Part shown: positions 22,051 to 34,679 of the stretch, piece by piece | Layout: the number at the start of each line of letters is the position of its first letter | Numbering within the stretch: position 1 is the first letter of the stretch | The notes under the pieces: generated by a model | Seen by the model: the letters and a program-made list of their open reading frames with translations, nothing else | Told to the model about the DNA's origin: nothing | Databases searched by the model: none | Source of the DNA: Prorocentrum cordatum | Taxonomy: Eukaryota | Direction of reading: 5' to 3' | NCBI GenBank assembly: GCA_963575745.1 | Contig: CAUYUJ010000037.1 | Span: 124,001-188,000 of the forward strand | Length of the DNA: 64,000 nucleotides | Translations under genes and position numbers: made by a program

Positions 22051-25000
22051 GCCGGGCGCTAAATCATGCATTCTTGAATGCACACGTCCGAATAGACTTC
22101 AAGCGCCCTCCTCTTTGCTGCGTTTTGCGATTACCTGGGAAAGGGGGAAGGCCTGAACCCAATACACTGCATTAGCCTTCCTGCCCCACTTGTGCACCTA
22201 CTTCTTCAAACCGACACGCAAGGAGGCCGGGGCGGAAGGGGCGCGCCAGCGGCTGCGGAGACAGTCGGACGGGGGGCAGGCGCACCGCAGGAAAAAATGT
22301 TCGGAGCTGCACGACATACATTTATATATATGTATATATATATATATATGTATATATATACTGTGCACTGATCGGGGATGGGTCAGGCAGCACAGCGGGC
22401 AGGAATGGTTGCGCCGCGTTCCAACTCAGGGCCGTCGACGGAGCGCGCAGCAGGAGAACGATAGAGGACGCTCTGCCTCTACCGATCAAGCGGTCAGCAC
22501 CCAAGCTCTGGAGCGCGCGCCTCGAGAACCCTCCAACGCGGGAAAGATGAGGTCCCCGAGGCGACGAGGGAGGAGGAAGACCAACGCCGACCCAAGAAAT
22601 CTGGGCGGAACTCCGAAAGCTGTACTAGTAAGAAAAATCCGCAACGAAGTGCACACAGGCGCGACGTGGCAAGCGCATGCCGAAATCTCAAAACCTGAGG
22701 CTTCGCAAAGATATCAAAATCGAACGCCGAAGAAATATATAAATCACATGGTTCTGCAACAAATGTCGGTGCCCATCAAAGCCCCGCAAGAGTACGCCAC
22801 TGTCGAAAGAGCCCCAGGCGCGCCCCTTCAGCCATCATATCCCAGGCGCCACGCCACTGCGCGTCATTTGCGATCCCGAGTTCCAGAAACATTCTAAGCC
22901 AACTAATGAGGCCAAGCAACGTTTTGCTAGTTATGCACGTGTCTTCGGGTCCCTGCCAGGGAGAGACTTGCAAACGGATTCGGTAGCAATCGCAGAAATA
23001 CATTGAAACAGAGCCCACCAAATGTCTGGGTCCTGACGGGGTCAACGGATCCCTCATGAGCTCGTGCACCGTCACTACGGTAGGATAGGATTCACCCACG
23101 ATGCGCGCAGCAGCAAGTGCTCCAGCAGCGTAGCTCGTCCGAACTTGGAGGCGATGAAACTCACACAGGCTGTCGACGCAATGCATGACCTCATCCCCAC
23201 TGCTCGCGAATCCATGATGCAGCAGGTCACACCCTCGAAAGCCGGAGCCTTCCGTCTCGTCGCCCTGTTCCCCCGGGAACTCTCGATAGCCCGAGTCGCT
23301 GCGCAGGTCCACCTTGCCGTCGGGAATCATCGTAAAATAAGTGAAGTTCTGAAGGTATCGAAATGATTTGCCAGTGACGGCATTCTGACGTCTCACCCGA
23401 AGGCTCGCTGGTGCCAGAATGAGCACGGCAGTGGCACCGCGCACACAAGAATCCAGAGTTGGGCGAGAGCGGAGAAGGCAAGTCCACCTCGAAGACTGAC
23501 GCACAAGTCGCCGACAGTCTTGCTAGCCGTCGCTTCTGGCGATGCCCCGACGAGATCGGGGCATGCAATTGGGCGAAATTATGTGATGTACTCGTCTTGT
23601 CCCATGATCACGTCGCGCTTGTCCGCCTTGGTGTATATCACTGCACAGTTTGCGCACGCGCGCTCGTTAAGCGTATTGCACTTCCCAAACACTTGCGTTA
23701 CTTTGCGTACATAAGAATCGAGAGTAGCATCCTTGCCATCTACGTGTCTGGCAGTAAGCAGGTTCGTTAAAACTTCGAAGTCTTGACGATAATACATCGA
23801 ATTGAAAACGACGCCCCTGGAGGCGCTCTAGCGGTTGAGAGAGAAGGCTGGAGGAGCATCCTCCGTGTTAGTGCTAGGTTTGAGACATTAAGGCAGTGGC
23901 GGGGCTCGCCATGATCTTCGCTAAACCAGATAGGCGCGCGCTGGACGGAGGCACTTCTAGAAGGCAATGTGAAGTATACAAGGAGCTCCCTCTCCCTGGT
24001 AGCTCCAACTAATTCTGCATGACTTTGTCCACGTCGAGACCGGCGAGGACCCACTCCTCGCGACAAGCAGCTTCGCTGGCCAGCGAGTACCACGAGGTGC
24101 GCTTGTCCGCGCCTGGAAAGGCTCCAACGGCAAAGCCGATTGGTCCATGAACCCTCTCAATACTAGACGGAGTCGGATGTCTCGCTCAATCTCGCTAGAG
24201 TCAGTCTGCACGGACTTACATGTATACACGACGCGAGAGGTCTTGACATGTTGGGCTGTGGGCGCAGGTTCCTCGGCGAATCACCGCCTCCCCTGTCATT
24301 CTAGGACAGAACTTCGCTTGATACGTGCCTAGGACGACTCACGACGTCCGGCTCGGTCAACAGGTCGTCCTCCCCCACAACAACAACAGCAACGCGCGTG
24401 ACTTCCGCCGAAACGCAGACACGCCCTGTCCGTAGCTCGTAACACCCCATGGCGCTGAGTTAAGCCAAAACCACCCTGGTCAAGTCTGTGGTGAAAGCTA
24501 GCTCGGCGCACTCATCGTGGGAGTCCGCGTCGAGGTCGCAGTCATCTGCAGCTTCGCAAATAGGCACTGCAATCGCAATAGTGCGGCCACCCCACCATTG
24601 GTGAGAGAATAGCACGTCGTGCTGGATGCGCCCGCAGAAGTCCACGGCGCCCGCGTGAAAAATACGGCCCCCATGATCATGCGAGACCAGGGCTGCGTTG
24701 GCCGGCAAGACAGGGGCGCGGACCACACACATGGAGAAGATGAAACTGCCATGTCATCAAAGTGTATGTTTCGATTTACTGGTGGACAACGCAGACCAGT
24801 TCGTGGTACCAGCCATGCACTGTCATCGCGTACTCCTCTTGTTCGCCCTCTCCCTCGCCGACGGTGGATACTCGGCTAGCGCCCCTCTCGGATTCCATCG
24901 GGGTCTCAGGGAGGTTCAAGTTTCCACGCTCATCTCTCTCTCCTGGGGACCGTCGGCTAGGTCGGGGACTCTTGATTGTTCTCATTCGAATGAGTGCACT

Positions 25001-27369
25001 GGCCTGAAGAAGAGCAAGCACTGCATCAGTCGGGCATGACTTCTGCCTGAAATTTCGGGCACGTTCAGGAAAGCACTGGTTGGCTCATAGAAGTGGAAGC
25101 CAGCTTGAACCTCTTTGCCGCAGTAGATCAATGGACTGCGATCAGCAACAAGGCAGGACGGTAAGGCGCGAATGCTTTTGGCCAACCTGACAAGAATAAC
25201 ATTGTCGGTCCTACAACAAGTCCGAAAACGCACTGCAACGACATCAACTTAAGGAGACATCAACTTAAGGAGCCAACTTGCCCCCCGCAGACAGCCAGCA
25301 CAACTTCTTGTGGTCAGCGAGGTAGCCAACAGCAATAAGAGCTCTATATCAGCTGGAAGTGCTCAGATTCGTGAGATGGCGGTGTCCAGGGCCGTGTTTT
25401 CCACGACAACTTTCCTGACAATGAATACCACGATTAAAAAGTTTAATCTCGCGTCGGGATAGTGAACAACACCTCTGTCCCCAAGCTTGACCACGAGCTG
25501 GCCGCGGGCTTGACTACACTGACCGTGCATGGGCCATTCCAGCCCTCGCGGTCATGCTTCGCTGCAGTTGGTCGGTGATAGTCCTGTTGGTCTCCCGCCC
25601 GAAAAACTCCTGCCACTGTCGGCTGCGGTCTTCGCTCTGAGAGCCCTGTTCACAATGGCCACAGCGGTGGCCTGGACAGTGGCTTCCAGAGCGCCGACAA
25701 TAATATGTCGCCCCCGCGCCCGGCTGGTCGTTTCGAGTGCCTCGAGGTCGGGCCCTTCAAAGATGGGCAACATGGGTAGTCGTCAAAGTAGGCGTTGCAA
25801 GGAGATGGACCGTCGCAGAACGCGAAAGCATCACAAGCGAATAAAGCTTCGGCCAGCAGTCGGAAGAAGGCAAGGGGGGGCGCCAGGGCCTCGCGAAGCC
25901 CCCCCCCCCCCCCATGGCACGCATGACTCCCGAGCTCCATTGGCGTTAGCGCGTTGCCCCGAAGCTCGAATGCAGACCTCGGCCTTATGGGACTTCAGCC
26001 GGCTCTTGGCTTCATCGTTGATGAGACCCCTTCAGAATTACCGTATCATATGTTGGCGGCACGGTCGCAGTTGAAGCACGCGCCCAGGAGGGCATCATCT
26101 GCTCTCTTGGAAATGTCGTATCCACTGGCATATATGTTGCATCGGCCGATGATGTGGAAGCGATGCGCTGGCTGTAAGAGGACAGGTCGCACTCAACTCA
26201 CTCATAGACTCGCCCAGGCAAGCTCAGCGATGGCAGCGCGGAAGCGCCGGGTCGCGCCCAAGTCCCGCGCCCATGGCAAAGGCCAACGATCGGCCTTATC
26301 ACGTTGAGTCTTACGTCGTCCAAGCCTACTCGCCGTAAGATCCGACGCATTTCTGGCTCCTTTGCGCGGGGGAACCCGAGGCGCGGTTTCCTGAGTTACG
26401 CGTCGATGCCCGCTGGGACGACGCACCTGAGCGTCCGGAGACTGGATGGGATGTTGACCCGAGACAGATGGGACCGTGATCGGGCCAGCGCCTGGCCAGG
26501 CGAATGGGCGTGCCCGGCGGAAAAAATGATGGCGCACTGGTTCAGGAGGAACAGGACCCGTTCCTCAGCCTCAATCGCGTCTCCACGGGTGGCTCGACAG
26601 GCTGCGGCGCTGTCCGTCTCGGCCGTTGGTCATCAATCGCACGCGGTCGTCGCGGCCGCCCCGGATGGGCCCCGAATCGCCGAGAGGACGAAGCGGCTTA
26701 TCCGCTCCCCAGCTCAACGATCTCAGAAAGTCCCAACCGTCCTTGGGACTGAGAGACACGGGTGCATCGTGCCTAAGGCGCCCGCCAAACGGTTTGGCGG
26801 AATGTCACTCGCCAGTGACATGACCGCGTCCAAGTTCACGCTGACTATAGCCTCTCCTACATGTATCACAATCACACTGGACCGGGATCGCGTCGCAGCA
26901 TCGACAAGCGCGAGGACCTTTTGTGCGAGATTAGCTGTTCGCATGAAAATGCTCGGCGCGTCCAAGACAGCCGCGTCCACTTGGCGGGGCCCTGCCAAGC
27001 CTGGGCGGATTGGCGGCTCGCGTCGCCTGGTCGGAGTCCGCAGGGCCGGCAGCAGCGGTCGGAAGCGCGTCAGCGCATGTATGAAGTGGAGGCATCAAGC
27101 TTCCTCGAACGCGTCGGCGCCATGGAGCCGCTGTCTTGGCCAAGATTACAACCTTTTTTGTATCTTTTTATATACACATATATATACATATAGATACATA
27201 TGGATATAACTGGCACAATTCGGCAGTGCATCGGGCTGCCCTGGAGGGCGCCTTGTCGCAGTTGTTGCCATGTTCGCGACGACCGCTGCACTTTCACTCC
27301 TGTACAAAATTGGGATATACTGGACGGTTGACAACACTTTCCGTTAGCACACGCATTCGTATTTCACGT

Positions 27370-27815
27370 ATCTCTGAACTTCGCCATGCACTGATCAATA
27401 AAAATTGTGCGAAATTTGGCTCCTCGTTAAACTTGGGTCCAAGGCTGGATCTCGTTTATCCAGTGTGCCGCTGTCTGTTCCTGCATCCGGCATCGGCCAG
27501 GCTGTTCCTGACAAAGAGCTACCCGTCCGCAATACTTACTGTGCGGGAGGTGTGTCTCGCGTCGCTTTGTCCACGCGTCGTAGTTAGCCTTACAGTTGAA
27601 CCACGAGTTCGGGCCAGTCAGTCTGCAGTTTGGTTGTAGGATGGTAACCAGAACGCAGCAAGTGCCCAAGAAATGGCCACAACCCCTTTTGATACTGTGG
27701 TGACCAAACTCTACGAAGGTGGCGACTATGTCCAAGTTGCTGGCTCAGGAAACGTCCCCGGGTAAAAGCCGACACGGAGATGCCACTTTATCCCCACAAA
27801 ATTTCAAGATCTCTT
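27370..27815 (-). pseudogene. Cytosine-methyltransferase-like domain fragment inside the copia remnant
   Basis: With frameshifts: E(I/F)CG..GISVSAFTRG, NLDIVA, VLVTILQPNC, CGRVALCQ..EQ, PW..V, FIDQC. Spacing is reminiscent of C5-MTase motifs I/IV/VI; judged by eye only. Confidence 0.5.
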
Positions 27816-28309
27816 GGTTTCCATTCTTTCCGTAGCATCGGGAGAAAGCAATGTTGTAGAGGTGGGCCTGTTCAGGCTTACTCAGAGAGTACAGATGTCC
27901 TCGTAGTCGTTATCGTCGTCGCTTGTACAGGTCGCCTTACATCAAAAAGTGAAATATCTCTACCCAGACCACTTAGGTCATCCCCACCACAGTCGTCGTT
28001 GCCGTCCTTGACAGATTTGGGGATTATCCTGGGTTTTATGCCAGCTCCCTTAGCTATTTCTTCTTCCGTTTCTGTCGCATTCGTGCGTCAGTGGGGAGCG
28101 CCGTCCTTTTTCCATGGCCACTTATGTTAGTCATGCTTCCATGATCCGCTTGCGCAGATGGAGAGACAAACGTGGTAACCCCACCATCAGCATGTGTCGG
28201 ACGGGGGGAAGAGTCGGCATCTAGGATGACGACCTGTCTGGTTCTTTGTGAATGATGGTCGTCAACTGCGACTTGATCCTCCTCATTATAGTACAAGCGC
28301 GTAGTATAA

Positions 28310-28544
28310 ACATACATGCATACATACATACATACATACATACAAACATACATACATACATACATACATATATACATACATGCATGCATACATACATACA
28401 TACATACATGCATGCATGCATACATACATACATACATACATACATACATACATACATACATGCATGTATACATGCATACATACATACATACATACATACA
28501 TACTGACAGAGAGACAGACAGACAGACAGACAGACAGGCATATC

Positions 28545-28576
<32 letters not shown>
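28310..28576. repeat. (TACA)n/(GACA)n/(TA)n compound microsatellite
   Basis: Directly visible. Confidence 0.95.
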
Positions 28577-29242
28577 CCATGCTGTAGCTGAGCTTCCCAA
28601 TCATATCAAATTGGGGTCTCCTTGACCTGGATGCCCTGTATTACCTACTTGTGCTGGTCGGCGTTCATAAGAACTCCTCTTCCAACCAGGTTCCAGTCGG
28701 GCATCCCAGGGTCGGGGTCGATGGATTTGACGAAGCGTGTGGCGTTGGGGGCATGACGCTCGTAAAGGCTGAAGTTAGTATGCGTGTTGGTGGTATTCGT
28801 CATTGGTCATCTGACGAAGGTTTCCGTGAGCTAGTTCAGGACATCGTGTCTCCACTTACTATGGTGTTCCGTCTTCCCGTACCAATGTAAGACGTGTTCA
28901 TGAAAGCCCATGAGGAAAGACCATGACCAGGAGTGTCGGTATACGCCATGAAGATGCGACCTGCATGTATGTACCACTTGGGGTCGTGTTACTGATATCG
29001 TAATTGTACCCAGAAAATGGCATAGGCGTATACGTAGAACACTAAAGATGCCGTCACACAGGAACTCACGCATGAGCGGCAGGTGCCAGAATTACCCCGG
29101 TGGTCCGAGGAGGATGATGTCCATCTTCGGGTCATGGGACTTGACCACGAGGTTTTGGATCTTCTGCCAACGTGGCCCGGGTCGCTTCTTTTGCACACGG
29201 ATATACCAGTCACATGGTGACTTGATCCATAATAAGGTGTAC

Positions 29243-29600
29243 TGATACCGTAGGAAAAAAATTGTTTGGGATATAGGGCTACAGGGCCATAGGGCTATAT
29301 GGGCTACAGGGCTATAGAGCTACAGGGCTATAGGGCTATAGAGCTATAGGGTTATAGGGCTATAGGGCTATAGGGCTATAGGGCGATAGAGCACCGGGGC
29401 ACCCAGGCACCCGGGCACCCGCGGGCACCTCCGGGCACCCCCGGCCACCTCTGGGCACCCCCGGGCACCCGAGCACCCAGGCACCCCCAGGCACCCGGGC
29501 ACTCGGGCACCCGGGCACCCGGGCACCCGGGCCGGCCACCGAAATCGGCGGCCCACCTCACCTAACCATATGAATCCAGAGGCAAACACTGATTGGGGAA
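29243..29600. mobile_element. 358-bp insertion carrying (GGGCTATA)n and (GGGCACCC)n minisatellites
   Basis: Removing it joins ...KLLKG to EYTLLWIKSPCDWY... in frame on the minus strand. No target-site duplication. Confidence 0.7.
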
Positions 29601-30284
29601 TCACCCTTGAGTAGTTTACCAAGCTACTGCATTCCATCAGAAGCCATTAACTCGTCATGGCATTTCCTATCACACATGACGCGGTGCTGGCGGAGAGTGG
29701 AGCAGGCCATACGTACGCATTCTATCACGAGGGCGCGAGGCTTCTGTACAGGTACTGTGCGGCCCTTGCTAGAACAAGCTGCCATCGGACCGTTGGCAGC
29801 ATGTCCCCTTCATGACGATGAAGAAAAAGAGGCCTGCTGGTGGGTCGAATTTTCTCGATTGCCAATGTCGGCTCCCGCCTGCACCTTGGTACATCTACTG
29901 TCGAGGAGGACGGTGGTGTGCCCCGTGTCGCTGGTGTTGTTCTCCATCGCGGAGAATTTCAAGATCATCCGTGGTGAAGAAGTATCAGGCGAAACGCCGG
30001 GCCGCCCTGCCGACGCGTCTGGGGGTGCGGCATGGAAAAATTACTTGTAAACCAAAGGGTGGGAGGAAAGAAGGGACGACATGGAGTGCTTATAAGCACA
30101 AGGGTGGGACGAGGGAGGAGAGGACGACATGGAGTTACCGCTAAGAAAAAAACAGGGGGGAGGTGGGAGGAGGGAGGAGACACTTTCCCCTCCGCACCCG
30201 TCGCCCGGCCGCTCCTGGATCGCGTCGGCGCTCCCCTTAAGGGCGCTGCTGATGCGGGCCACCTGCTCGAGGCTCGACGCGGGT

Positions 30285-30702
30285 TGAGGAGGAGGAGGAG
30301 GAGGAGGAGGAGGAAGGGGAGGGGGAGGGGAAGGAGGAGGAGGAGGAGAAGGAGGAGGAGGATAAGGAGGAGGCGGAGAAGGGAAGGACAGCAAAGGCAG
30401 GCAGGAGAAAGGAGGAGGGAGCGAAGGGTCACGATGTCACGGGCGCCTCGCTCGACCAGCGGCCTGCCCTGGAAGAAGAAGGAAGGAAGGGAAGAGGGAA
30501 AGAGAGAGGGAGGCAAAGAGAGAGGGAAGGAGGAAAGAAGAGGGAAGGGGAGAGGGAGGGAAAGGAGGGAGTGGGAGGGAGGAAGGGAAAGGAGGGAAGG
30601 AGAGAGGGAGGGAAAGGAGGGAGGGAGGGAGCCCTGGAAGGGAGGGAAGGAGAGAGGGAGGGAGAGGAGGGAGGGAGAGGAGGGAGAGGAGGGAGGGAGG
30701 GG
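30285..30702. repeat. Polypurine (GAG/GGA/GAA) low-complexity tract
   Basis: Directly visible. Confidence 0.9.
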
Positions 30703-30713
30703 ATCTAGCTAGG

Positions 30714-31430
30714 TGCGCTCGCGTTATATCTGACGTCCTACCCCTCCCCTCCATCCCTTAGCATAGCGTAGATATCCTCTCTATTCGCAGTCGGATGTCG
30801 AAGCAGGGCATAGCATTACATGGCATAGCATAGTGTTGAAGATCAACGCGTAGCCTGACATAGCATGGCGTGGCGACGCCACAACGTGGGTGGGGGGGGC
30901 TTCTGCGGGCCAAGAAATCAACGAATCGACACCATGTGTTATCACTTCCGATGGTTGTTTCGGAAGTAAATTTGGGGGCCTATTTGAAGGACCGAAAACC
31001 ATGTTATAGCATGGCGCTGGAAATAATGACGCCAGCGCTGCAGCGGGAGCACGATTCGGAACGAGCGGAAGCGCGGAATTGAGGCCAGCGCTGCAGCAGG
31101 AGCACGATTCGGACGACGCGTAGCCTGACATAGCATGCATGGCGACGCCACCAAGGGGGGGGGGGCTTCCACGGCCCAAAAAATCAACGAACCGACACCG
31201 AATGTGAAATCACTTCCGCTGGTTTTTCGGGGGGGCTGTTTCAAGATTTCGGGGCCTACTTGGAAGGACCGAAAACCAGGCCGTGGCGTGGCGCTGGAAA
31301 TAATGTCGCCAGCGCTGCAGCGGGAGCACGATTCGGAACGAGCGGAAGCGCGGAAATGAGGCCAGCGCTGCAGCGGGAGCACGATTCGGAACGAGCGGTA
31401 GCCCGAAAATGAGGCAAGCGCTTCAGCGAG
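30714..31430 (+). repeat. Dispersed repeat with internal tandem CAGCGCTGCAGCGGGAGCACGATT units (copy 2)
   Basis: Shares head and internal units with 17410-18075. Has an internal ~290-bp duplication (from ~30846 and from ~31116). Confidence 0.8.
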
Positions 31431-33600
31431 AGCAGCTTTTTTGAAAAAAACAAATCGAGAACCCGTTTCCCATGAATCCTCCGTGTAAAAATAAGTTGCA
31501 CAGCCTGCCGCCTGGCAGCCTGCCATGCCAGCTTCCCCCTCCCCAGCTGACGCCCCGCTGCTGCTGGTCCCCACCCCCAGCGCCGCCCTGCCGCGCGCCT
31601 GGCCCTGCTCTGAGCGGGCCCGGCCTCCATCTCCCTCCCGCCACCGCCGGGCGTCTTCCTCCTCCCCCCTCATGCATCGCGGCCTAATTCGCGTTCGTTT
31701 ATCCTACCGACGCCCTATCCGCCATCGCAGTCCTTCTGCCTAGCCGCCGACGTGAATAAAAAACAGTGTAATTGTAGAGAGAGGAAAGGGAGAGGGTGTG
31801 ACAGACGAGCAGGGGGCCAGAGCGGGATGAGAGGGGGAGCGAAAGGAGGGAAGGGGAGCCGCGGCACGAGGGAGAGGGGGACCACGAGGAGGGATCGGGA
31901 AATGAGCTCCCGCTCGAAGCTCTTGGCAAAGCCCACACCCTAGCGGGAAGGAAACGGGTCCTGGAGGGGTCACCGATTCGACTTCGCGCATCTCGCCCAG
32001 CGATGCGCGTCGCACGGTGAAGTGTCTTCACGCAATCGCGCCACCCTCTGGAGAACGCCAGCTCAGCGGCCCCAGTCACGAAGCGCGAAGCGATGACATG
32101 TCGCGCACCTCGGGGTGGCTGGAGGCGAGGGGGGCCCTGAATCTTCGCGCTCGCCGCTGACAGGCCCCTGGGGCCATCCACGGGCCACAGGACCGTCCGA
32201 AAACGGCACACGGTCAAGAGCTGTCGAACGCACCGAGGTTGGAACACCGCCGAGGACCGACGAGAACGTCCGAAAACCTCGAACCTCAATCCGGCGACGG
32301 GTCGGGAACCCGCGGACGAAGCGGCCCAGGGACACGCACACAATATGTTCAAGCTCCAGGGTTCCACACACGTTTTTGCATGTCCTGGGGTTGCGTCTGC
32401 CCCTCCATCTCACACACGCTTCCCACTTCCTGTTTTGTCTCTGCGCTCATTTCTCCCTCCTGAGCTTCTCCCGTGGCGAACATGCACACCCAGAGATCAG
32501 ATGTCGTGATTCTTTCAGTGCGGGGTCCCTGGAAGTCTCGCCCCATTCCCCAGGACCGGTTTTCCATCCTGAGTCGTTTCTTGACGGTCCCGGGGCCCGG
32601 CGAGGGCCCCCAGAGGCCCAGAACTGCGAAAAACCTCCGCCTTGTTTTTTGTCAATGCGTTGGATCTCTGGGCACCCGGCCGCCGTGGCCGGGGTGGCCC
32701 CGCTGGCCGCCCCGGCGACGCAGCCCGGACGTCCCTCGCAGGGGCACCCCGGGCCGGGCATGGGCGCCGGCGAGTTCGGCCATCCCAGCGCAGGCCGCAC
32801 ACGACGGCCGCACGCCCGAGGGAGGGGAGTCGATCACGGCTTCCAACGCTCGTGCTCGTGCTCGTGGTCGCGCTCTGGGAAGGGCGGAATCTGTCCCCCG
32901 AGGCTGGCCCGTGATGCTGCATGCAGGCTCAGCCACCCTGTGCTCTGTCTCCCCGATTAGAGCTTTGCGTAGCCCGCCTAGCTTTTAACCGGAAGAGGCT
33001 CGCTCTGGACCCGCAGACCAAAAATGCAGGCGCAGCCACCCGCGATGCCACCAAGGGTGCGCCTGCGGCAGGCAGAGCCCCAGGGAGCCACCAAAGACAG
33101 GCCACAGGCCCAGGCCGACCGCTCACGACGAGGCACATCGTCGGGGGGATCGACCACGGCTTCCACCTCCGATGAGGTCCAGGCGCGATGCTCTCACACG
33201 TCGGGCGACGTCGCCCCGCTTCGGGCCCTGGGGCCCTCGCGGATCGCTCCGGGCAGAGAAATGCCAGAAAAGGAGAGAGAGAGAGAGAGAGAGAGACAAG
33301 GTCCAGGGCCCAGGCCATGACTTCCAGGATGCTGCAACCTGCTCCGCTGCGCCAGCTCTGAGTCCTCCTCCTCCTCCCTGGCCATCCGCCGATGTGTCGA
33401 TACAGATACGACGTCTTCGGTGCGCGGCCCCAGAGGCCCCCGGCCCTGTCCCCCGGGGTCAGCGCCTCGCCCCCCCGTTGATTTTGGTAGCCCCGGGGAC
33501 CCGAGGCGGGCCCAGGAGGCCGACGTACGCCCCGATTGAGAAAGAAACGCACCGTCGGAGGTCAGGGTCCTCCCCCCTTTGTGACGCCAGGCAAACTGAG

Positions 33601-34530
33601 TCCGCCACCGTGCCTTCAGCCCGTGGTTCGGGTCGGGCGAAAGGGGGGGATAGCAAAGGGGGGGTTTGAGAATCAGCTCGCGTAGCTGATTTTCCCGGCG
33701 CCTCCCAGCGCCGGGAGGTGCCAATGTATCGAGGAATGGGCCCCTCGGTGAGGCCGAAACCAACTGCATGCAGCAAATTTCGTAACCCCCCCTTTCCCAA
33801 TCCCCCCCTTTCGCCCGGCCCGAGTGGTGGAGTGCCCCGAGGCTCACGCAACCCTGAGAAATGACAGGCTCGTGAAGTTTGAGGGCCCAGCCCCCCAGTT
33901 TCCCAGGCGCTCCTGGGCGCTGCCGGGCGCAGCCAGAGCGCACTGCATGGGCCTCTGGGGCGGTGATCCCGCCAAACAGGGCCCCAAAACAGGCGAAGAG
34001 GGCCCCAAGAAGCCCCCAGCAGGATCCAAGAGGCCCCCGAGACGGCCCAAGAGCTTTCCAAGACGTCCACGGTGGCCTCCAGACGGCTCTCGAGGCCATG
34101 CCCCCAAGAACAATCCAAAGAGGGCCCGTAGAGGCAAAATCGTCACATCCCCACAGGAAAACACACATGTTTCGCGTCTTCGACTTTTCGGCGTCAAGTC
34201 GTTCAAGACGGCCAAAGAAGCCTCCAAGATCGGCCTTACAAGAGAGCCCTAAGACGGCCCCAAGTGAGGCCCAAGAGGGAGACCCGAACCGACAATTCCA
34301 GCTTTCTGCCCCAAGATGCCCCCACGAGGCCCTAGGAGGCCCCCGAGACGTCCCCGAGAGGCCCCCAAGAGACCCTAGAGGCCCCCAGAGCCCTCCAAGA
34401 CGCCCCCAGAGGCTCCAAGACGGCCCCCAAGAGGCTTCAAAACTGCCGCCAAGAGGACCCCGAGCGGCCTCCCACGAAATCCGAACCAACATCCAACAAC
34501 CCAGGCACGGTGGCGGGATGGGCCGAAGAT
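33601..34530 (+). mobile_element. Non-autonomous element with a 14-bp asymmetric inverted repeat (CCGCCACCGTGCCT family)
   Basis: CCGCCACCGTGCCT at 33602-33615 and its exact inverse AGGCACGGTGGCGG at 34503-34516, followed by GATGGGCCGAAG. Internal CCAAGA repeats. Confidence 0.65.
33628..33823. mobile_element. MITE, 196 bp, ~40-bp imperfect TIRs, 5-bp TSD GTGGT
   Basis: TCGGGTCGGGCGAAAGGGGGGGAT... / ...ATCCCCCCCTTTCGCCCGGCCCGA; GTGGT at 33623-33627 and 33824-33828. Confidence 0.85.
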
Positions 34531-34679
34531 CAGCCGCCGCCCCATGTCGATTCATCGCAGGGGTGCCTGGCGTGCTGGACGATTTCGGTTTGGGTTATGT
34601 TCTTTTCCAAAAGAACTTCCCCTGGGGCTTCGGCCCGTCCCGCCGGCCACCCAGAAGACCCGGTTGCAAACGGCGTTCC

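Larger units (their letters stand above)
22776..30050 (-). pseudogene. Highly decayed Ty1/copia-like LTR retrotransposon pol remnant (integrase, then RT, then RNase H)
   Basis: Minus-strand fragments in copia order: decayed zinc-binding segment LRKPRLGFPRAKEPEMRRILRRVG..LCHGRGTWARPG (~26.3 kb); integrase-like core (~26.0 kb); RT start DDLLT...IRLRLVLRGFMD (~24.2 kb); GQDEYI (~23.6 kb); RNase H-like SDSGY...RTSYAAGALAA...WLR...DMMAEG (22.8-23.3 kb). Many stops and frameshifts; no LTRs identified. Confidence 0.75.

Noticed and set aside
26700..27000. Possible retroviral protease motif (SVIVIHVG)
   Set aside because: No D-[ST]-G. Another frame gives a Cys/His-rich segment that fits the position before integrase better.
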